Shown: positions 35,692 through 46,061 of the stretch, one piece after another
How positions within the stretch are numbered: position 1 is the first letter of the stretch
How the letters are laid out: every line of letters begins with the position of its first letter
Assembly: GCA_012519205.1 (NCBI GenBank)
Contig: JAAYQR010000028.1
Location: forward strand, 4,411-68,410
DNA from: Candidatus Epulonipiscium sp.
GTDB lineage: Bacteria > Bacillota > Clostridia > Lachnospirales > Defluviitaleaceae
Direction: 5' to 3'
DNA: 64,000 nucleotides
The notes under the pieces: generated by a model
What the model was told of the DNA's origin: nothing
What the model saw: the letters and a program-made list of their open reading frames with translations, nothing else
Databases searched by the model: none
Position numbers and translations under genes: made by a program

Positions 35692-35760
35692 AACTCACCC
35701 CCAAAAAAATATAGAGAACTATGCAAAAGCATACCTCTCTATATATCTATGCGCTCCTAT

Positions 35761-36595
35761 TTAATTAATTCTTTTTTCTAACCAACATAATATATCGGAC
35801 ATTATTTCTTCTTTTTCTGGTTCATGAACCAGCTCATGGTAACAATTTTCATAGAATTTTAATGTCTTATCCTCCGATTGAATCCTGTGGTATACTTCTG
35901 TGGTTCTCTCATAAGGGATTACCTTATCACACTTTCCATGAAGGAAAAGACAAGGTAAATCGTAATGTTCTGCATTTTCCTGAGCCCAACTAATTCCTTT
36001 GTATAAAAATTCTCTTATTAGACCAATTGTAGAATATCTAAGGTCATAAAAGTCTTTTTTAAACTCCTTTGAGTATTGTATATTTCTAGTGGCTCTCCTT
36101 CTGCCTATCCTGTATATTCTTCCCTTTGGTATAGTCTTTCCTAATACATTGCATAACTTTAACGATGCCCCGTACAACCCCCAGGGAGCCCCCAAGGCAG
36201 GGCCCGAAAAATTTGTCCCCTAAGTTCTACCTCAGGATATATCAGTCCATATATGAAGGTAATAAGTCCCCCATACTGTGGCCAAAAGTAAAGATTTTAC
36301 TATTAGGATGATTTCTTTTTACTATTAAAAACAATCGGTTAAAATCAACAGTAAACTTGAAAAAAGATTCTATATGACCTCTTGTCCCCTCGGACCTTCC
36401 ATGACTTCTATTATCTATTAAGTATACTCCGTAGCCATTTTTAATCAGTAACTCGGAAAGTTCCAAGTAATGGCCTGAGTGTTCACCATAGCCATGACTA
36501 ATAATTATAATAGCCTTAGGATTATAAGGTACATCTTTCCTGTAAAAGATACGAAGTCCATCTGAACTTCTAAAATATTTATGAATCAAATTCAT
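35761..36595 (-). pseudogene. Alpha/beta hydrolase (lysophospholipase / monoacylglycerol lipase-like) interrupted by two -1 frameshifts
   Basis: The N-terminal ORF (36242-36595) ends just after the nucleophile elbow GHSMG. The C-terminal ORF (35761-36195) carries LFLHGKCDKVIP and CYHELVHE. Adding one base in the C5 run (36268-36272) and one in the A5 run (36207-36211) restores GHSMGGLITFIYGLIYPEVELRGQIFSGPALGAPWGLYG. Confidence 0.8.
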
Positions 36596-36696
36596 AAAAT
36601 TATCTCCTTTATTTGTAAGATGAATCCTGCTTTTGGATTATATTACTATTAAAATAGTGTGTAAATATTAATACAGTGAAATTTCTACCCTAGAAT

Positions 36697-37422
36697 TTAT
36701 ATGAATCTACATCTATATTGCGTTAGGATATTATCTATCATTCTGCTGGCTTCTGACTTTGTCAGACCTTCAATATCTTTGTCTATTTCTATCTTATGGG
36801 TTTTAATCAAGCTTATGAGGTATCTTTTCTGTCTTTCTGTAATCATATCCTGTTTTGGTGGATTCCATACCATATCCCTTGCTTTAAATAATGACTCATC
36901 TATGTGGAAAAAGTCTCTTTTTAGGCATTTAAACAATTGGAAAGTAGCTTCTGCATCGTGTATCGCCCGATGGGCATTGGTTAAATCTATCCCATAATAT
37001 TGACAAAGAGGCGCTAAACTCCTACTAGGAAGATGTTTTAGAAATCTTCTGGCTATTGCTAAGGTATCTATAGCTTTTTTTGAAAAGCCATAACCTTCCT
37101 TTATACTTTTTGCTTTTATGAATCTGTAATCAAAAGAAACATTATGGCCTAAGACATAATCCCCATCACAAAAGTCTAGGAAGCTTGGCAATGCTTCTTC
37201 TATGGTCAATCCATCCTTTACCATATCGTTGGTAATCCCCGTAATCTCTGTAATAAAAGAAGGGATAGATTCCTTAGGATTAAGCATTTGGTGATATTTA
37301 TCCACTGCTTTTCCGTTTTCAATTTTAATTGCACCTATCTCAATAATGGAATCCAAGACAGGGTTGCATCCTGTAGTTTCTAAGTCAAATACTACCACAT
37401 TTTTCATATAATCATTAATCAT
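36697..37422 (-). CDS. DnaQ-like (DEDDh) 3'-5' exonuclease domain protein
   Basis: Exo I VVFDLETTG, Exo II VLGHNVSFDYRFI, Exo III HRAIHDAEAT. Confidence 0.8.
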   Translation of the reverse strand: MINDYMKNVVVFDLETTGCNPVLDSIIEIGAIKIENGKAVDKYHQMLNPKESIPSFITEITGITNDMVKDGLTIEEALPSFLDFCDGDYVLGHNVSFDYRFIKAKSIKEGYGFSKKAIDTLAIARRFLKHLPSRSLAPLCQYYGIDLTNAHRAIHDAEATFQLFKCLKRDFFHIDESLFKARDMVWNPPKQDMITERQKRYLISLIKTHKIEIDKDIEGLTKSEASRMIDNILTQYRCRFI

Positions 37423-37538
37423 TATAACATCCTTCTAAACTTTTATTTTCAATGCAAACAAGCTTATATAATCATACCATTTTATTTAATGAATATAAAT
37501 AATATCTATTAAAAATGCCACCCCATGGGGCAGCACTT

Positions 37539-38453
37539 TTAAAGATTCTCAAGATTATACGGGGTTTCTTGGTATACATAATAATTCAACCAATTAGAAA
37601 AAAGTAAATTGGCATGGCTCCTCCATAAAACTATGGGTTCCTTTGAAATATCATTCTTTGGGAAATAATTCTTAGGAATTTGTATGTCTAGGCCTTTTGA
37701 TAAATCTCTTTCGTATTCCAACTTTAAAGTATTGGCATCATATTCTGAATGTCCTGTAACAAAGATTTGTTTCCCATCTTTAGAAGCAACGATATAAACC
37801 CCAGATTCCTCGGATAAGGCTAGAATTTCCAAATCCTCTACCTTTTCAATATCTTCCTTTTTTACTCCCGTATGCCTTGATTGGGGTACATGGAAAATAT
37901 CATCAAAACCTTGGATAAGTTTTATATTTTTTTTCAAGGTTTGATGAGGAAATATCCCAAACATTTTTTGTGGTAAGGGATACTTAGGAATCCCATAGTG
38001 ATAATATAATCCCGCTTGGGCTCCCCAGCAAATATGAAAGGTAGAAGTTACATGTTTTTTGGTCCACTCCATAATCTGTTTTAATTCTTCCCAATAGGTA
38101 ACGTCTTCGAAGGAAAGGTTTTCTATAGGAGCCCCTGTAATAATCATCCCATCAAATTTTTTATTCTTTATCTCATCAAATGTATTATAAAAAGAAACCA
38201 AGTATTCCTCAGGAGTATTTTTGGGTATATGACTCTTGGGATGTAATAGGGAAACTTCTACCTGCAATGGGGTGTTTCCCAAAAGTCTTAATAATTGTGT
38301 TTCTGTTACTTGCTTTAGTGGCATTAAGTTTAAAATGACAATCTTAAGTTCCCTTATATCTTGTTTAAGAGCTCTATTTTCATCCATAATAAAGATATTT
38401 TCATTGGTCAGAATCTGCTTGGCAGGAAGATTATTAGGTATTTTAATCGGCAT
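37539..38453 (-). CDS. metA: Homoserine O-acyltransferase MetA (acetyl- or succinyl-transferring)
   Basis: The sequence from [45 protein letters not shown], plus [10 protein letters not shown] and [14 protein letters not shown], is typical MetA. Start set at ATG 38453. The track ORF reads on through the tRNA gene. Confidence 0.9.
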   Translation of the reverse strand: MPIKIPNNLPAKQILTNENIFIMDENRALKQDIRELKIVILNLMPLKQVTETQLLRLLGNTPLQVEVSLLHPKSHIPKNTPEEYLVSFYNTFDEIKNKKFDGMIITGAPIENLSFEDVTYWEELKQIMEWTKKHVTSTFHICWGAQAGLYYHYGIPKYPLPQKMFGIFPHQTLKKNIKLIQGFDDIFHVPQSRHTGVKKEDIEKVEDLEILALSEESGVYIVASKDGKQIFVTGHSEYDANTLKLEYERDLSKGLDIQIPKNYFPKNDISKEPIVLWRSHANLLFSNWLNYYVYQETPYNLENL

Positions 38454-38521
38454 CTTTTTCCTCTTTTCTACCGTCATTTCGTAATATATATTATATATAA
38501 ACCTTTGGTCAAATGCAATGT

Positions 38522-38554
38522 AAAAAACCTCTAAATCCCTTGGATTTAAAGGTT
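38522..38554 (-). terminator. Hairpin terminator downstream of tRNA-fMet
   Basis: Minus strand AACCUUUAAAUCC-AAG-GGAUUUAGAGGUU followed by a U run. Confidence 0.6.
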
Positions 38555-38560
38555 TTAAAA

Positions 38561-38634
<74 letters not shown>

Positions 38635-38748
38635 TCATTTAAAATTCTGCTGACAAAATTCATTTTAGCATACTAGTAATATTATGTCAAGTGTTCTTTT
38701 CAAAAAAATGTAAGCCTTAAAGAAAAGGGCAGGTGTGAAAACCTGCCC

Positions 38749-41700
38749 CTATAGATATTCAATTTTTACTTTACTTCCGCTTAACCCCTGCCGTGCCGGT
38801 TCTACAATTAACTTAATGGGTATTCTTGACTTTAGTTCTTCCACATGACTTATGATACCAACACAAAGCTGTTGAGAGTGTAGTTTTTCTAAGGCACCCA
38901 TTACTATATCCAAAAGATTATTATCCAGCGTACCAAAACCCTCATCTAAGAAAAAGAATTCTAAAGGGGAGGTATTATTTAGCTGTATTTGGGATGAAAG
39001 GGCTAGAGCCAGGGATAAAGAAGTAAGGAAGGTTTCCCCCCCAGATAGAGTAGTGGCAGAACGCCTTATGCCTCCATTAAAATCATCCCTCATTATAAAA
39101 TTACCATCCCCATCTAACTCTAGGGCATACCTACCTCTAGTAATCTCTTTTAAAGTTTTGGATGCCTCTTTGGCAATATATCTTAGTCTATTATAGGCTG
39201 CAAATTCTACAAACTTATTCCCCTGTACCAATCTGTATAAATCCTCTAAAAGGCTAAATGTTCTATCCAGTACTGCCTTTTTATCATTTAACTCCACTAT
39301 TGATTCTAGATTCTGTTTCATAATGTTTAATTTCTCATGGATTACAGCAATATACTTGCTCCTTCTTTCTAAATCAGAAACCTTTTCTCTTTTTTCCACC
39401 TTTAAATCTTCCCAAGCCTCTTTTGATATTACGTCTTCTTTTAGCTTTGATTGAATCCTAAAGAGATTATTTTTTATTTCGTCCAGGGCCTTTTCATATT
39501 CACTTATCTCTTCCTTTAGAGCTTCCCTTTCCATTTGGGGTAGCCAATGACTATATACCTCATCACAGTCTAAAAGTTTATATTCCTTAAGTAATAAAGT
39601 TATTTTATTTTCTTGTTCTTGTTTAAGTTGATTTAAGGTTTGATTATAGGCTTTTAGCTTAATGACCTCCTCCTCTACGCCTTGTATTTCCTTTTTTATT
39701 TTTTCAAAGGAGTGGCGCAAGGTTTCTTCTTCTTTTAATATACCTTTAATTTTATTTCTTATCTCTTCCCTATGGCTGTACGGCTCCTTCTTCCCTGATA
39801 AATTTATTATCTGTTCATCCCATTTTTCTATCATAGTTGTTTTTTCTATTCCACTTTGTTTTGTTTTTTCGTTTTCCTTAGTGAGTTCCGATATTAATTT
39901 GGTAAGTTCATCTTTTTTAATTATTTTGATCTTTATATTTTCCCTTAGCTCCTTTTCTTCTTTTTCTAAGGCAGCTTTTAGTTTATCCCATTCTTTTATT
40001 TCATTTATTCTATCTTCTATCTTATTAAGGTTGTATTTGTTTTTTATCTTATTATAATGGGATAATACTTCCTCTAGCTTTACCGCGGTTTTTTGCCACT
40101 TCTCTTTAAGTTCCTTGTAATTATCTTTATCATTATTTAGTCTTTCCTTTAGACGGGCTTCTTCTTTTTCTATATTATTAACTTTTTCTTTAGAAATCGA
40201 TAGGTTTGATTCATTTTCCAAAATACTACTTTCCCATTTTTTAATAGTTTCTTGAAGCAATTTTAGAGATTCTTCCTCTTTTATTAAAATACTTTTTAGG
40301 GTATCGATGTTTTTATCCTCTATAATCACATTGATTCTATCTATTTCCGCTTGAGTTTGCAGAACTTCTTTTTTCATCTGCGTATGCTCTAAGGATATTT
40401 TATGATATGACGTTTCTATTTCCCTAAGACTATTTTCTAATTTTTTTTCTTCAATCACCATATTATTATATTTTTCTTCATCTAACTCAAATTCCATGGG
40501 AATATGGTTCGTCGAACCACATACAGGGCAGCTTTGCCCCTCTTTAAGTTCCCTTGCTAAGATTGCAGCCATGTTTTTTCTTTTTATACCTTCTAACATA
40601 TCTTTTAATTTTTCTTGTTTTTTCTTTATCTCTCCTAATTCAGCAAACAACTTCTCCTTAAGTCCTTCCCCCTCCTTTACTATAATAAAAGTATCCTTAA
40701 GCCTATCTTCTTTTATTGTTTTTTGTCTTATATTTTCATCTAGGTCTCTTATATTAGTTTTTAATTCTTCCAAATACTTATGCTTGCTCAAAATATCATC
40801 GTTGCTTCCGGGGCAGTTTTTTCTTAAATTTATTAATCCCTCATTAAGTTTTTGTAAAATGACACTTTCTTCTTCCTTTTCTTTAGATAAGGCATTATAT
40901 TTCTTTGTTGATTCTAAAATTTGCGAATGGATTTTTTCTAACTTTTCTTCTGTTTCATTATTTTCTTTTTCTAAATTAAAATATTCCCTCTCTAATTCAT
41001 ATCCTTTTTGTATTTCTTCTCTTATATGGGGTTCAATATGTATTTTTTGTTTTGCCCTTTCTATCTCATTGGCTCTTTTTTCTAAGTTCTCGATTTTATT
41101 TTTAAGCTCATTTTCTTTGGCTTCATCTTCTTCTATTTCCTTTTTGTTTTCTTTATATACTTCTCTTAGGTTGTCCCTTTCTTTTTTCATAGAAATCTTA
41201 TCTTCTAACATTTTTAACGCTTGATTAAGATTGGTTTCTTTTTGAAGAAGAATTGGGTGGTTTATATTTTTATTGTTTAAAGCTTCTAAATACTCAGCCT
41301 CAATCCTTTCTTTTTCTTTTATAATGTTTTGTAGTGTATCATTTAATGTTTTAAGTGTATTTTCGTTTTCTGATTTTTTCTTCTCAATTTCCCTTAATTC
41401 TTCGATTTGGGGCTTGATTATTTCTGCATCTTTTGCCCTGCTTAAGATTTGTTTTTTCTTATTGTATTCATCTTTTTTCCCATTGAGATCTTTTTGTTTG
41501 TTTTGGTATATTTCTAGTTCTTGTTGAAGCTCCCATATTCCCTGATATTTTTCATATTTCTTATTAATGATTTCTAATTCACTTTTTAATCTTTCCTCTT
41601 CTAGCACAAGTATCTCATAATTTTTCTTTTGTTCTTCATATTCCTCTTTCGTCAAATTACCATATACCTTCAATTGTGATTCTATGTCTAATATCTCCAT

Positions 41701-42279
41701 GCTCTTTTTATTTTTTATAATTTTGATTTTTTCCGTTAAACCTTTTCCATATCTTTTTAACCCAAAAATTCTTTCTAGCATATTACGCCTATCGGCCCCT
41801 GTTAATTTTAAAAATTCATTAAATTTTCCCTGAGGCAGTACAACAGAACGGGTAAAATCCTCTGCGCCTAACCCTAGAATTTCATTAATTTTTTGGGTTA
41901 CATTGTTTATTCCTTCTGCAATAATATCTATGTTTTCTCTATCTATTAATAAAAGTCTTGCACTCCTTGATTTTCTTATGCCCTCTTCCGTCTTTTTAAA
42001 ATTTCTTTCTACTATATAGATATTAATATTTTCTCCATCTTTAATAGAAAATTCATAAGAAACATTAAGGGTATCTACTTCTGTATTTACAAATTCCTTT
42101 GTATTTCTTGGGATTTCACCATATAAAGCTAAGGTTATAGCATCTAATATTGTAGATTTACCACTACCTGTAGGTCCAAAAATCCCGAATAAACCTCTTC
42201 CGGTAAGTTTGCAAAAGTCTATTTCCTGTTCTTCTATAAAACTATTTAAACCTTTTATCTTAAGCATCCTGGGCTTCAT
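38749..42279 (-). CDS. sbcC: SbcC/Rad50-family DNA repair ATPase
   Basis: Walker A GPTGSGKST, a long K/E-rich coiled coil, a central zinc hook CPVCGS, signature LSGGETFLTSLSLALAL and Walker B FFFLDEGFGTLD. Start chosen at ATG 42279 (GAGGAGG 6 nt upstream). Confidence 0.92.
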   Translation of the reverse strand: MKPRMLKIKGLNSFIEEQEIDFCKLTGRGLFGIFGPTGSGKSTILDAITLALYGEIPRNTKEFVNTEVDTLNVSYEFSIKDGENINIYIVERNFKKTEEGIRKSRSARLLLIDRENIDIIAEGINNVTQKINEILGLGAEDFTRSVVLPQGKFNEFLKLTGADRRNMLERIFGLKRYGKGLTEKIKIIKNKKSMEILDIESQLKVYGNLTKEEYEEQKKNYEILVLEEERLKSELEIINKKYEKYQGIWELQQELEIYQNKQKDLNGKKDEYNKKKQILSRAKDAEIIKPQIEELREIEKKKSENENTLKTLNDTLQNIIKEKERIEAEYLEALNNKNINHPILLQKETNLNQALKMLEDKISMKKERDNLREVYKENKKEIEEDEAKENELKNKIENLEKRANEIERAKQKIHIEPHIREEIQKGYELEREYFNLEKENNETEEKLEKIHSQILESTKKYNALSKEKEEESVILQKLNEGLINLRKNCPGSNDDILSKHKYLEELKTNIRDLDENIRQKTIKEDRLKDTFIIVKEGEGLKEKLFAELGEIKKKQEKLKDMLEGIKRKNMAAILARELKEGQSCPVCGSTNHIPMEFELDEEKYNNMVIEEKKLENSLREIETSYHKISLEHTQMKKEVLQTQAEIDRINVIIEDKNIDTLKSILIKEEESLKLLQETIKKWESSILENESNLSISKEKVNNIEKEEARLKERLNNDKDNYKELKEKWQKTAVKLEEVLSHYNKIKNKYNLNKIEDRINEIKEWDKLKAALEKEEKELRENIKIKIIKKDELTKLISELTKENEKTKQSGIEKTTMIEKWDEQIINLSGKKEPYSHREEIRNKIKGILKEEETLRHSFEKIKKEIQGVEEEVIKLKAYNQTLNQLKQEQENKITLLLKEYKLLDCDEVYSHWLPQMEREALKEEISEYEKALDEIKNNLFRIQSKLKEDVISKEAWEDLKVEKREKVSDLERRSKYIAVIHEKLNIMKQNLESIVELNDKKAVLDRTFSLLEDLYRLVQGNKFVEFAAYNRLRYIAKEASKTLKEITRGRYALELDGDGNFIMRDDFNGGIRRSATTLSGGETFLTSLSLALALSSQIQLNNTSPLEFFFLDEGFGTLDNNLLDIVMGALEKLHSQQLCVGIISHVEELKSRIPIKLIVEPARQGLSGSKVKIEYL

Positions 42280-43486
42280 CTTTTTCCTCCTCCTCATTTA
42301 TTATGGAAAGAAAGAGCTCCATCATTTCTGCAGAGGGCTGAACTTGTTTTTGGTGGATATAAAATTCCTTAAATAATTCATCTACCTTCTTTTCTTTTAT
42401 GCTTTTTAATTCTTTTTCCTCTTTTTCCGACTCATAAAATAGTGGAAGAATCTCAACTATATCTTCCTTTGTTTTTTTCATTTCCTTTATTTCAGATTGG
42501 AGAAGTATTCTATCCGTTTTGATTTCTAAATACACCCATACGTTTCTTTTGCTATTTTCTTCACATTTTTTAATTGCTTCCTCAATGCTTTCACATCGCC
42601 AAACTTCTATGGGCTTATAGTTTTTAAGATATACTTCTTGAATATTTGCTTTTTCACCGACACAGACATCAACTATGTAAAGACTCTTTGAATAAGAAAT
42701 TTCGCTTTTACTATACTGTAAAGGAGAACCCGAATAACGGGCCTCTACCTCTGTTCCTTTTACTTTTTGGGGTCTATGAAGATGTCCTAGGGCTACATAT
42801 TGGGCCTTTCGCGGAAGTACACTAGGATCTATTGCTAAACTTCCCCCTAATTGGATGGGACGTTCTGAATCTGTACTCTCGCCGCCTGATATAAAAAAAT
42901 GCCCTGCCGCAATATTTATTGTATCTTTTCTATATTTAGATGAAAGGTTGTCAAATAATACAGCCATTCTTTCTGAATAACTTCTTTGCATTTCTTCTTC
43001 ATCCATACTAATACTTATAAGTTCATTTAGTCTCTTTTCACTAGGGTAAGGTATCGTAATAATAACTACTTTTTCCTTGTCTTTTTCAATCTCTACATAT
43101 CCTTCTCCTGCATCGGTAATTTTATAATAAGGATACTCTCCAACCCTAGCTATACTCTTAGGGGTGCCAAGAAGTATTATCCCCTGCTCATAGGCAAGGG
43201 GTCCGGCAGCAGATAATCTTTCTGGATGATCATGATTACCTGCAATAACCAAAACCGGCCTTTTTCCTCCCTTAGATATTTTTTTGAGGGCAAAATAAAA
43301 AAGTTTCTCTGCTCTAGCAGGAGGATTGCCGGTATCATATATATCTCCTGATATAATTATCATATCTACATTTTCCCTATCTACTATTTCAATGAGTTCC
43401 TCTATAAATAATTCCTGCTCCTCCAGCCTGCTGCACCCTTCTAAGTTTTTTCCTAGATGCCAATCGGAAGTATGAAGTATTCTCAT
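42260..43486 (-). CDS. sbcD: SbcD/Mre11-family nuclease
   Basis: MRILHTSDWHLGK, GDIYD, AGNHD and GHLH phosphoesterase motifs. Its 3' end overlaps the sbcC start. Confidence 0.92.
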   Translation of the reverse strand: MRILHTSDWHLGKNLEGCSRLEEQELFIEELIEIVDRENVDMIIISGDIYDTGNPPARAEKLFYFALKKISKGGKRPVLVIAGNHDHPERLSAAGPLAYEQGIILLGTPKSIARVGEYPYYKITDAGEGYVEIEKDKEKVVIITIPYPSEKRLNELISISMDEEEMQRSYSERMAVLFDNLSSKYRKDTINIAAGHFFISGGESTDSERPIQLGGSLAIDPSVLPRKAQYVALGHLHRPQKVKGTEVEARYSGSPLQYSKSEISYSKSLYIVDVCVGEKANIQEVYLKNYKPIEVWRCESIEEAIKKCEENSKRNVWVYLEIKTDRILLQSEIKEMKKTKEDIVEILPLFYESEKEEKELKSIKEKKVDELFKEFYIHQKQVQPSAEMMELFLSIINEEEEKDEAQDA

Positions 43487-43673
43487 ATAATCATCTCCTA
43501 GTTACTATTATAGGCTTTCAAGCCATAAAATCTAATCGAACTTACCATAAATTTTATCATATTTTAGTCATTAATTCCAAGCAGTATCCATATGATTTCA
43601 CACAAGCCCTATTACAATTAATTAGATTAAAAAAACAAGAGAGCTGCTTCATTAAGCGCCCTCCTACTTTTAG

Positions 43674-43967
43674 TTATATTAAGTTAATAATTTGGTTACT
43701 TCCACCCTCATATTTTATTATAATAATATGTTCTTGTTTATTATACTCTACACTCCCCGAGCCTATTTTAATTTTATTTTCTGCAAAAAGGCCGTAAAAA
43801 ATATCATCGGCGAGGGTTTTAGCACATTCTACCTTTTCTTCCTTAGTTAAAGCTTCAAACTCTATAAAGCCCATATCAAAAAAATTATAAAAGCCCTCTA
43901 TTTTATAAATGGCCTCCCCTAGCTCATTGCTTATATCTTCATATTCTCTGTTGAACTTAATTCCCAT
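43674..43967 (-). CDS. Hypothetical 97-aa acidic protein
   Basis: ORF only. I recognise no motif. Confidence 0.35.
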   Translation of the reverse strand: MGIKFNREYEDISNELGEAIYKIEGFYNFFDMGFIEFEALTKEEKVECAKTLADDIFYGLFAENKIKIGSGSVEYNKQEHIIIIKYEGGSNQIINLI

Positions 43968-44142
43968 TATATCAATCCTTTTTGTTTTATTTGTTATTTT
44001 ACTATAATTTTTAATACATCACAACTAAACCTTATTTCTAATCTACAGATATTGCTAGTTTCTAATTATATAGATTTTAAAATGATAAATATTGAGGGTC
44101 TTATTATGTCTATAGCACTTTATATAGTATATTTTTGAAAAT

Positions 44143-44165
44143 AAAAAAACGAGATTTCATCTCGT
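44143..44165 (-). terminator. Rho-independent terminator after the 103-aa ORF
   Basis: Minus strand ACGAGAU-GAA-AUCUCGU followed by U7. Confidence 0.7.
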
Positions 44166-44168
44166 CTT

Positions 44169-44480
44169 TTATCGTGTGTTTAGATAGCTAGAAAGTATCT
44201 CCTTCATTTTATGGGGACGTTCGTTGGTTTCGATTACTATACTATCCCCTAGTACATTTACCTTAAAATTATTAAATCCATTATTCTCAAGATAACCATT
44301 TATATCTTCTGGGTCATCTGTCTGGGTCAATAATACTTTTTCTCCTATTTTATCATCATTTACAAAAACTTCATAGGTATCATTTGATACCTTGGTGCCA
44401 TTGTCTTCGTAGGGAACCGGTATTGCAACCGTAGCCCTTACATTATCCGTAGTTGATATTACAGGGAATATTTCTGCCAT
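44169..44480 (-). CDS. Hypothetical 103-aa acidic protein
   Basis: ORF with GGAGG-type SD (AAAGGAGGAAGAGC upstream of the ATG) and its own terminator. I recognise no motif. Confidence 0.45.
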   Translation of the reverse strand: MAEIFPVISTTDNVRATVAIPVPYEDNGTKVSNDTYEVFVNDDKIGEKVLLTQTDDPEDINGYLENNGFNNFKVNVLGDSIVIETNERPHKMKEILSSYLNTR

Positions 44481-44623
44481 GCTCTTCCTCCTTTAAGTAC
44501 ATAAGGATAGTTAGTTATAAATTTGCCAGTTAAATCAAGTTCCTTAGCAAATTCTTTTAATATAGATTCGTAATGGAAATCTATAAATATAGTATGGCAT
44601 AATAGATATAAAATAATTCGTTG

Positions 44624-45271
44624 CTATTTTTTAGGTACACCTTCCCAATCTTTTAAGAAACGCTCAACACCCAAATCGGTTAATGGATGTTTTGTCATTT
44701 GTTCAATAACGTTATAAGGGATAGTTGCAATATGTGCGCCTATTCTTGCTGCTTGAATTACATGAATTGGGTTTCTGATGCTTGCTGCAATGATTTCTGT
44801 GTGAATATCATGAATGCTAAATATTTCTACTATCTCTTCTATTAAATTCATACCTTCATTACCGATATCATCTAATCTCCCTAAAAATGGGCTTACATAA
44901 GTTGCCCCTGCTCTTGCTGCAAGCAAAGCCTGGGTTGCCGAAAAAATAAGAGTAACATTGGTTTTAATGTTTTCTTCAGTAAGAATCTTAACAGCTTTTA
45001 ATCCTTCTATAGTCATAGGAATTTTGATAATAATGTTTTTATGAATCTTTACTAATTCTCTTGCTTCCTTTATCATTTCATCTGCTTTTAAACTTATAAC
45101 CTCTGCACTAATAGGACCATCAACAATCGTTGTTATTTCTTTTACAACTTCAACAAAATCCCTACCTTCTTTTGCAATTAAAGAAGGGTTTGTTGTCACC
45201 CCACAGATAACTCCCATATCATTGGCTTTTTTGATATCTTCTACATTTGCGGTATCAATAAATATTTTCAT
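44624..45271 (-). CDS. tal: Transaldolase type 3B / fructose-6-phosphate aldolase family protein
   Basis: 215 aa. [15 protein letters not shown]...GVTTNPSL and the Schiff-base lysine context IIKIPMT are typical of short TalC/Fsa-type enzymes. Confidence 0.85.
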   Translation of the reverse strand: MKIFIDTANVEDIKKANDMGVICGVTTNPSLIAKEGRDFVEVVKEITTIVDGPISAEVISLKADEMIKEARELVKIHKNIIIKIPMTIEGLKAVKILTEENIKTNVTLIFSATQALLAARAGATYVSPFLGRLDDIGNEGMNLIEEIVEIFSIHDIHTEIIAASIRNPIHVIQAARIGAHIATIPYNVIEQMTKHPLTDLGVERFLKDWEGVPKK

Positions 45272-45294
45272 CTCAATTCTCCTTATCTTATAAA

Positions 45295-45984
45295 TTAATT
45301 TTGCCCATAGTAGGCATTTTTACCATGCTTACGTAAAAAATGCTTATCCAATAAAACTTGATCCATATTTCCTTTATCAGGGGAAATCACCATGCTATGA
45401 TATGTCATTTTTGCAACTTCTTCCATAACCACAGAATTATGAACAGCATTCATAGAATCTGTTCCCCATGTAAAAGGCCCATGGCTATGAACCAACACTC
45501 CTGGTATCTCCATAGGATTCATGTTTTTAAATGTTTCTACTATTACGTTGCCTGTTTCTTTTTCGTATGCACCTTCTATTTCTTTTGATGTCATTTTTCT
45601 TGTACAGGGAATCTCACCATAAAAATAGTCTCCATGGGTAGTGCCCATAGGCGGAATGCCTCTTCCTGCCTGTGCCCATGCCGTTGCCCAAGAAGAATGA
45701 GTATGAACTACCCCGCCAATTTCTTTAAATTTATTGTATAATACTAAATGGGTAGCTGTATCAGAGGATGGATTAAGGTTTCCTTCTATAATCTTTCCTT
45801 CCAAGTCCAGTACAATCAACTTGGCTTCTGTCAGTTCATCATATTGTATCCCGCTGGGCTTAATAACTACTAAACCTTTTTCCCTATCAATTCCGCTTAC
45901 ATTCCCCCAAGTAAAAATAACAAGCCCATACCTTACCAAGGCTAAATTAGCTTCTAATACGGATTTTTTTAAAGCCTCTAACAT
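45295..45984 (-). CDS. araD: L-ribulose-5-phosphate 4-epimerase
   Basis: 229 aa class II aldolase/adducin fold. [25 protein letters not shown] and a C-terminus [10 protein letters not shown] typical of AraD. Confidence 0.88.
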   Translation of the reverse strand: MLEALKKSVLEANLALVRYGLVIFTWGNVSGIDREKGLVVIKPSGIQYDELTEAKLIVLDLEGKIIEGNLNPSSDTATHLVLYNKFKEIGGVVHTHSSWATAWAQAGRGIPPMGTTHGDYFYGEIPCTRKMTSKEIEGAYEKETGNVIVETFKNMNPMEIPGVLVHSHGPFTWGTDSMNAVHNSVVMEEVAKMTYHSMVISPDKGNMDQVLLDKHFLRKHGKNAYYGQN

Positions 45985-46037
45985 ATTATCACCTTCTTAG
46001 TAGGTTTTATTATCTTTGTGTATTACAGCCCCATTAT

Positions 46038-46053
46038 ACTTGTACGCACAAGT
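46038..46053. promoter_or_regulatory. AraR-type operator upstream of araD-tal
   Basis: ACTTGTA-CG-CACAAGT. One mismatch from a perfect palindrome, and matches the ATTTGTACGTACAAAT-type AraR box. Confidence 0.65.
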
Positions 46054-46061
46054 ATTGTCAA

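Noticed and set aside
40496-41224. A 242-aa ORF on the plus strand inside sbcC. Similar S/F/L-rich antisense ORFs occur at 39662-40057 and 41273-41527. Others lie opposite the Hsp70 genes (e.g. 16390-16641 and 12189-12521), opposite cspBA, and opposite cas8c (416-749).
   Set aside because: They are mirror images of K/E-rich or otherwise strongly biased coding sequence on the other strand. They are low-complexity, lack ribosome-binding sites, and are fully contained in well-supported genes.
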